Source: a virus. Taken from it: a stretch of DNA of 64,000 bases. Numbering within the stretch: position 1 is the first letter of the stretch; each line of letters begins with the position of its first letter. Under the pieces are notes generated by a model. The model saw only the letters and a program-made list of their open reading frames with translations, was not told the origin of the DNA and did no database searches. Of the stretch, positions 58,858 to 64,000 are shown piece after piece. The translations under genes and the position numbers were made by a program. The stretch covers positions 22,905 to 86,904 of the IMG/VR virus record IMGVR_UViG_3300045973_000445. One strand, 5' to 3'.

Positions 58858-58890
58858 TTCTTTTGATTTCGTTAAAACTAATGTACGACA

Positions 58891-58924
58891 AAAACCCACA
58901 AGTATTTAATAACCTGTGGGTTTT
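58891..58924. terminator. inverted repeat / intrinsic terminator
   Basis: aaaacccaca...tgtgggtttt perfect 10-bp stem with T-runs on both strands. Confidence 0.7.
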
Positions 58925-58945
58925 ACGTAATATGAATTTATTGAT

Positions 58946-59386
58946 TTAACTTATGTCAGATGCTCTCTCACCGATATCAAGTCTGGTATTGACCCCTCTT
59001 AAATCGGTTTGGTTTGCTCCTCTATTGGCAAGTAAACTGTAATTGGAATTCACATCTGATACTTCTTCAACAGTACCGGAATTAACCCGACATAAACCCA
59101 TGCTTTGATTTTGGTAATAATTATGAGTCATTCTTGCACTCAGTCCCAGATACGGTACACTGACCCCTCTGACAATCTGTGTGCTCACAACCGGCTCATT
59201 TACGACCTGGAAAATTGGTGTTTCAATGATAACATTATTTACTATCTGCACAGGGGGAGGATTAGTAATCTCCGACTGATAAAGGGGTGCGCCCTTTACA
59301 GGATTACCTTGCATCGATCCCATCGCAAACAATAAAGCAGCAATCAGAAACAATCCGCTCAAAAAATAACCTCTTGGATTCTTCAT
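58946..59386 (-). CDS. secreted/membrane hypothetical protein
   Basis: N-terminal signal-like hydrophobic stretch. Confidence 0.55.
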   Translation of the reverse strand: MKNPRGYFLSGLFLIAALLFAMGSMQGNPVKGAPLYQSEITNPPPVQIVNNVIIETPIFQVVNEPVVSTQIVRGVSVPYLGLSARMTHNYYQNQSMGLCRVNSGTVEEVSDVNSNYSLLANRGANQTDLRGVNTRLDIGERASDIS

Positions 59387-59728
59387 TTCGATTTCATTTT
59401 TAATTGTTTGGTACTAGTGTTTATAATCATTATACAATAAACAAATATAATCTATCTATTTTAAAATTAAAAGTAGTGGTTTGAGAGTAGTGACGCTAAC
59501 CAACGTCAGGACGGATGGTCTCCCTTGACTACTCTCCTACTTACCAGAGCTCTCCATCTATTCCTTATAAAGACATCCATCTTCCTTACAATTAGAACGA
59601 GAGTTGGATTTTAATATTTTTAGAGCAGATTTCAACATCCCGTGCTTACCAGCACATTTGTAGATTTCCAGAGATGTAAGGATCCTCTCCGATGTCTATG
59701 ATCTACTCTAATATCTTTCAAAGAACTT

Positions 59729-59995
59729 CTATTCCTCTTTTATATCTATTGTGCTAAAGTCAACCTCCTCGATAATCTCCTCTTCATCCACCTCCGCTGT
59801 GTGATCCACCTCCAGCTTCTCCTTCCCCACAACCAGCACCTCTCTGTATGTCAGCGGATGATCTCCTGTCTTTTCCAAGCGATAAGTATTGTGCTTGCCA
59901 TACTTTTCCTGTTTTACTTTATTCAGTATTATCCTAGCATTCTGCACCCTTGCCAAATCACTCTCCCCAGAAACCCAATTTGTAATACTACTCAT
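59729..59995 (-). CDS. hypothetical protein
   Basis: 88 aa with an acidic tail. Confidence 0.55.
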   Translation of the reverse strand: MSSITNWVSGESDLARVQNARIILNKVKQEKYGKHNTYRLEKTGDHPLTYREVLVVGKEKLEVDHTAEVDEEEIIEEVDFSTIDIKEE

Positions 59996-59996
59996 A

Positions 59997-60098
59997 TCAA
60001 TTGAAGATAAGTCCTAATACTATAGCAGCCACGATCACAAAGAACAGTATGAACGGGAGATATCCCGTGAGCTCTGCTGTATGTGATTGTGCTTTCAT
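59997..60098 (-). CDS. small membrane peptide (33 aa)
   Basis: MKAQSHTAELTGYLPFILFFVIVAAIVLGLIFN. Abuts the next ATG. Confidence 0.45.
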   Translation of the reverse strand: MKAQSHTAELTGYLPFILFFVIVAAIVLGLIFN

Positions 60099-60115
60099 GC
60101 TACATTATACAAATA

Positions 60116-60322
60116 TTATTTCGGACTCTGTTTGATCTCGTTAATTGTCAGTAGAACTGCCCAGACAACCAAAAGGATGCCTACGAGCTTACTGTGAAAT
60201 AAGTAAGTAAATACTCCTATTGCACCTATTGTAATCTGAGATGCATACGCAAACTTCAGAAACTTACCTACTGCCTTTAGAGCTATTAGTAAGTATGACC
60301 AGATCAATTTTAATGTTTTCAT
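60116..60322 (-). CDS. small membrane protein
   Basis: 68 aa with two hydrophobic segments. Confidence 0.55.
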   Translation of the reverse strand: MKTLKLIWSYLLIALKAVGKFLKFAYASQITIGAIGVFTYLFHSKLVGILLVVWAVLLTINEIKQSPK

Positions 60323-60340
60323 AATAATACTTTTTACTTT

Positions 60341-60451
60341 TTATATTGGTAAAATCTTGCTTTCATTCTCCTGTTTAGTGACGTTGCAATACGGATCAGT
60401 TAAATAGTTTACTGTTGTGCCTGCGTTATTATTAAATGAAAGAGTCTTCAT
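60341..60451 (-). CDS. small hypothetical peptide (36 aa)
   Basis: ATG lies 1 nt after the upstream stop and the ORF fills the gap. Confidence 0.35.
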   Translation of the reverse strand: MKTLSFNNNAGTTVNYLTDPYCNVTKQENESKILPI

Positions 60452-60452
60452 T

Positions 60453-60977
60453 CTATTGTAATTGTGGTAAATTCGCAAATTCAGCTGTTATTGTATATCC
60501 TTCAGCTATTTTCTTTTCTATTTCTACTCTTAGAGCATCCTTCATACCATTATAAAGAGTAGGCTCGGATGTAACTCGTAAATCAGAGTATGTTGGAGGT
60601 ACTATATTCTTACCAATCAAAACACAGGCATCAGTATCAGCAAAGGTCACTCCATTATGAAACAAAACATCAGTCCAGGTTAACCCATTCCATTTGATTG
60701 TTCTCTTATCATCCTCGGTATATAAAATCAGAGTTTTACCATAATGAGCGTTTTCAAACAACCCCACATTACACTTCAATCCAGCTGGCAAACAAGTCTC
60801 CCCATACACCTTCACATTATCTGGCCGAAGAGTATCTCCTAAAGTATAGCAGAACTCCTCTTTGACCTGTACAAGTGGTAGCTGAACATAATCTTTAATA
60901 TACTGAAAAAACAACCTACCTATTGTTGTTCTGGTGGTATGCAAGTACCACTCTGTGAGTATAACTAGTTCTTTCAT
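60453..60977 (-). CDS. DUF5675 family protein (putative cell-wall enzyme)
   Basis: TTIGRL...FCYTL...KVYGETCLPAG...H.G....DT..CVLIG. Likely start is 60977. Confidence 0.8.
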   Translation of the reverse strand: MKELVILTEWYLHTTRTTIGRLFFQYIKDYVQLPLVQVKEEFCYTLGDTLRPDNVKVYGETCLPAGLKCNVGLFENAHYGKTLILYTEDDKRTIKWNGLTWTDVLFHNGVTFADTDACVLIGKNIVPPTYSDLRVTSEPTLYNGMKDALRVEIEKKIAEGYTITAEFANLPQLQ

Positions 60978-60982
60978 AGATG

Positions 60983-61008
60983 TAAAAATAAACAATAGTT
61001 TTTAAAAT
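60983..61008 (-). promoter_or_regulatory. 26-bp conserved upstream motif, copy 5
   Basis: taaaaataaacaatagtttttaaaat. Confidence 0.55.
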
Positions 61009-61730
61009 TAAGGGCGTCTCCTGTACTGCTGATTCCGCATGACCGAGCCCTCCTCATCATGATGTCCTGTTATTGTTGTCGTGATACATCCTTCTTTTCC
61101 TGTAGCCTTCATCTCATTTCTCAGCTGCTCCCAAAGATAAGCATCGCAGGGAGATTGAATTCCTTCCACATGTAACCTATCCATCACACGTATCTTTGTA
61201 TCTGTGTATTTTACACAAGTAACTGAAGCCACAATCCCCCCGTCAATCGGATAAAATGGAAGCATCTCATTTGTAATCGGTAATCCTGGAAGAATGTGTG
61301 CTCCAAGATACGTGGCCGAGGTACAGCAGAATATAGGCTTCCTCTCCTCAACCATCCTGTTGATAACCTCCAGATGGTTCATTTCCCAAACATCATCGTG
61401 TGCCTGATGACAGATATACTCGTAGCCATCGGCTAAAGCCATCTCAATGCCTTTATTTACCGCAGTAACGCCTCCTGCACACCAGATGTTCATATTCCCA
61501 ACTCCGTATCGGTCTCGCTCCACGGATCGCACCAAGTTAACGCAAACCACGCCCACGTGCCTCTTGGCTATTGCTTTCAACTCAGCATCGTCCCTGTAGG
61601 CATCCCCAATCAGATATATCTTATAGTCCCTGAAGGTCTGCCTGTCAATACAATCCAAAGTGCGCTCCAAGTACATGGGAGACTTCCCATCCAGCCTTTG
61701 GTACGTAGCGATAATAATAGCTAATCTCAT
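61008..61730 (-). CDS. glycosyltransferase family 2
   Basis: IIIATYQR...QTFRDYKIYLIGD...N.GI...YICHQAHDDVW. Confidence 0.85.
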   Translation of the reverse strand: MRLAIIIATYQRLDGKSPMYLERTLDCIDRQTFRDYKIYLIGDAYRDDAELKAIAKRHVGVVCVNLVRSVERDRYGVGNMNIWCAGGVTAVNKGIEMALADGYEYICHQAHDDVWEMNHLEVINRMVEERKPIFCCTSATYLGAHILPGLPITNEMLPFYPIDGGIVASVTCVKYTDTKIRVMDRLHVEGIQSPCDAYLWEQLRNEMKATGKEGCITTTITGHHDEEGSVMRNQQYRRRP

Positions 61731-61732
61731 AA

Positions 61733-62461
61733 TCAGTCTAGATGATATCCGTTAGTAGCTCTTACTGTTCCCATTCCTGCATGATTTTCATTATGCTGAA
61801 CAAACTGCATTTTATGCTGCCACAAGTCATCCGTCAGCCACTGAGCCCTTTGCAATATCGACTCACTCTTCCCAGCAATATATATCTGCCTCATGGCCTC
61901 AATCAGAGGAGCTCCTCCTTTAATTGGATCAGCATACTGCTTTGCCACATCCTTATTTATAAGAGCAAAGGCAGGATGCAAATAATCCACCCATATCTTA
62001 TTTTTACTCTCCCTAACGCCAGTTGTCTGCTGTCTTGTATTTCCTGTTCTGAATCTTGATTTTATAGAACCAATAGTAACTGGAATCCTAGCTATGATCG
62101 TCTCCATATAAAACTCCTTTTGTATATCCCCAATACCATAACTATCCTTTCGCAACTCGCTCTCCATCATCTCCAGCCACCCCCTACCATGTATAATCAT
62201 ATCAGAGTCCACTAGGAGAATCTGATCTGTTTTTATATGGTTTATCCCATACACCATTCCTGGGCCGTGATGAATATTATAATCAAAATGAATCAACTCA
62301 ACATTATACTTCTTTGGGAAATTCTTTATCTTCTTATAGTACCCCTCCGAGGATCCGTCAATAACCAGATAAGGTACATCCGGATAAAACTTCCGAAAGG
62401 ATGATAGTAATCGATCCAGATATTCTGGAGTATTGTAATTAACCGTTAGTACTGTTGTCAT
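61733..62461 (-). CDS. glycosyltransferase family 2
   Basis: TVNYNT...LVIDGS...NIHHGPG...ILLVDSD. Likely start is MTTVLT at 62461. Confidence 0.85.
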   Translation of the reverse strand: MTTVLTVNYNTPEYLDRLLSSFRKFYPDVPYLVIDGSSEGYYKKIKNFPKKYNVELIHFDYNIHHGPGMVYGINHIKTDQILLVDSDMIIHGRGWLEMMESELRKDSYGIGDIQKEFYMETIIARIPVTIGSIKSRFRTGNTRQQTTGVRESKNKIWVDYLHPAFALINKDVAKQYADPIKGGAPLIEAMRQIYIAGKSESILQRAQWLTDDLWQHKMQFVQHNENHAGMGTVRATNGYHLD

Positions 62462-63083
62462 TTGTGTATATTGGATAAATAGAAATATCTGGATATAATG
62501 ATTCCACATCAGGGCAGTCCCTCTTATTACCAGCCAGATCATAAAACTGACCTATCAGCTGTAGTCCTAGTGTTGAAAAGATCGGATGCAAGTAAAAATT
62601 CCACCCAAGCATCTCAAAGCTGTCCGCAAAGTAATCACACTCATCTCTTCCGGAGAACCGAGCCTTCTTAAACCATTTGTACGCATCCTCATTATCTGTA
62701 AGGATACATCCTCCCTTGCCGAGCTTCATCGGTTTATACTTTCCTGTAAAGGAACAGCACATAAATGTATCTGGCTTATACATGTCTGCTGTAAACCGCA
62801 ATGCACTATCCCATGTCTTTGATCCAATGAGCTGATAAGCTCCTTTGATCTTATCCCCTCCTTCCATTGGAAGAAACTTAACCAACCCCCCTGCATGAAT
62901 GATTTCACAAGGGACACTCATGTATGTTCTACTTGGTATCGCTATAACCTTCCCTTTGATACCTTCATACATCAAGGATAAAAACATAGCATTACTACAG
63001 CTATCCAGTGCCACCACGTATGGTGCGCCAGTATAATCAGCTATTGCTTTTTCAAACTCTTCTGTTACTTTATACGGATTCAT
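62439..63083 (-). CDS. DegT/DnrJ/EryC1/StrS-type sugar aminotransferase (short form)
   Basis: EFEKAIADYTGAPYVVALDSCSNA, IP..TY.SVP, DSA, SF...K...GKGG.ILTD. Confidence 0.85.
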   Translation of the reverse strand: MNPYKVTEEFEKAIADYTGAPYVVALDSCSNAMFLSLMYEGIKGKVIAIPSRTYMSVPCEIIHAGGLVKFLPMEGGDKIKGAYQLIGSKTWDSALRFTADMYKPDTFMCCSFTGKYKPMKLGKGGCILTDNEDAYKWFKKARFSGRDECDYFADSFEMLGWNFYLHPIFSTLGLQLIGQFYDLAGNKRDCPDVESLYPDISIYPIYTNDNSTNG

Positions 63084-63489
63084 TTTTATATTTTATAAAT
63101 TCATCATAGTTTCTTATGTAATCACTCTCATCATACAATTCGGATGCCAGCACCAAACACACAGCATCCTCTGAAAACTGATCCAGCTCTCGCCATATCC
63201 CAGGAACGACCAGCAACCCTTTATGAGGTAATCTCAACTTTACATTCCACCTCCTGATACCATCATTTAAGATTACCCGAAACGAACCGTTCACAGGAAT
63301 GATCAGCTGATATAATGATTTGTGAGCATGATTCCCTCTGACGGATCCGTCAGGCACATCGTAGATATAATAAGCTCGCTTAATATCAAACTTTTCATTC
63401 TGGACGATTGTCAGCTTGCCCTCATCCCTCAGTACTGTTTTCAGTGAGATCAGATGGCAATTATATATGGTTGATTCTACCCCGTTCAT
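63070..63489 (-). CDS. FdtA/QdtA (WxcM-like) sugar 3,4-ketoisomerase
   Basis: FDIKRAYYIYDVP.G.VRG.HAHK.L.Q...GSF...LVLASELYDE.DYIRNY. Confidence 0.92.
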   Translation of the reverse strand: MNGVESTIYNCHLISLKTVLRDEGKLTIVQNEKFDIKRAYYIYDVPDGSVRGNHAHKSLYQLIIPVNGSFRVILNDGIRRWNVKLRLPHKGLLVVPGIWRELDQFSEDAVCLVLASELYDESDYIRNYDEFIKYKNESV

Positions 63490-64000
63490 TTACGATGCTT
63501 ATCTAATAGCAAATCTATCTTAGCAGAGTACTCTGGGTAGTCCTCCTTAAACAATGACAAGAAGTATAGGCTCTGAGGCTCTCCCTTAAGCAAAACATGA
63601 TCCACAAAGAACCCCTCTTCACTCATGCCGAGATATCGTTGCAAATCATAAACCTTCTCATTCTTGCTATTGATTGTACCTGATATCTTTCTGAAGTTCA
63701 TCTTATTAAATACGTAGCCATATGTTAACTTCAATGCCTCCAGACCATACGGAGTTGATTTATGAACAAATGAATCATGCAAAAGAAGTCTCCCTACATT
63801 TGAAACACCATTAACCCAGTTGCAATCGTAAATGGAAACCATGCCCACCTTATGAACTCCAACAGAATCATATATAATGTAATTCACTTCATCTCCTGTT
63901 CGGCTTTCCTGCCACTTCAACTGCATCTCTAATGAATATCCCTCTGGACAGTTCAGATACTCAGCTGATTTACTTGAGCGCAATTGATGTATAAATGAAG
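63486..64000 (-). CDS. GNAT N-acetyltransferase (5'-truncated by window)
   Basis: VGMVSIY...VGRL...YGLEA...N.KV..L...LG..EEG. The frame stays open to the window end. Confidence 0.75.
   Translation of the reverse strand, partial: SFIHQLRSSKSAEYLNCPEGYSLEMQLKWQESRTGDEVNYIIYDSVGVHKVGMVSIYDCNWVNGVSNVGRLLLHDSFVHKSTPYGLEALKLTYGYVFNKMNFRKISGTINSKNEKVYDLQRYLGMSEEGFFVDHVLLKGEPQSLYFLSLFKEDYPEYSAKIDLLLDKHRK

Noticed and set aside
59471-59542. tRNA or hammerhead ribozyme
   Set aside because: There is no T-loop/CCA cloverleaf, and the hammerhead core CUGAnGA plus GAAA is not present in the required positions.

Overview
This is a 64-kb segment of a large tailed dsDNA phage with a contractile tail. The head and tail gene set resembles SPO1/Twort-type (Herelleviridae-like) myoviruses. 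A Bacteroidota host is likely, inferred from TAnnTTTG-like promoter boxes, A-rich starts without Shine-Dalgarno sequences, and FISUMP and DUF5675 proteins. Positions 1-2597 (+) are the end of a recombination/nuclease block (SbcD-like, split SbcC-like, HNH). Positions 2564-64000 (-) form the late region. In transcription order it holds an amino-sugar/glycosyltransferase cluster, cell-wall enzymes, portal, an RcGTA-like head-spike pair, MuF, a fibre block, large multidomain putative head-cargo proteins, protease, scaffold, major capsid, neck genes with two GIY-YIG endonucleases, sheath, tube, chaperones, tape measure, baseplate (interrupted by a lone tnpB), CLec-fold fibres, and finally terminase. 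The main candidate novelty is a family of putative capsid-packaged polyproteins. They share N-terminal leaders and short modules, and hydrophobic-x-K-[S/A/G] motifs matching the predicted capsid maturation site fall between their NUDIX, P-loop ATPase, zincin and ParB-like domains. Other notable signals are a circularly permuted DUF1566-like domain nested inside a FISUMP domain, an in-frame amber junction between the tail chaperones, and a 26-bp putative late-promoter motif. All protein family calls are by motif recognition only; no searches were run.
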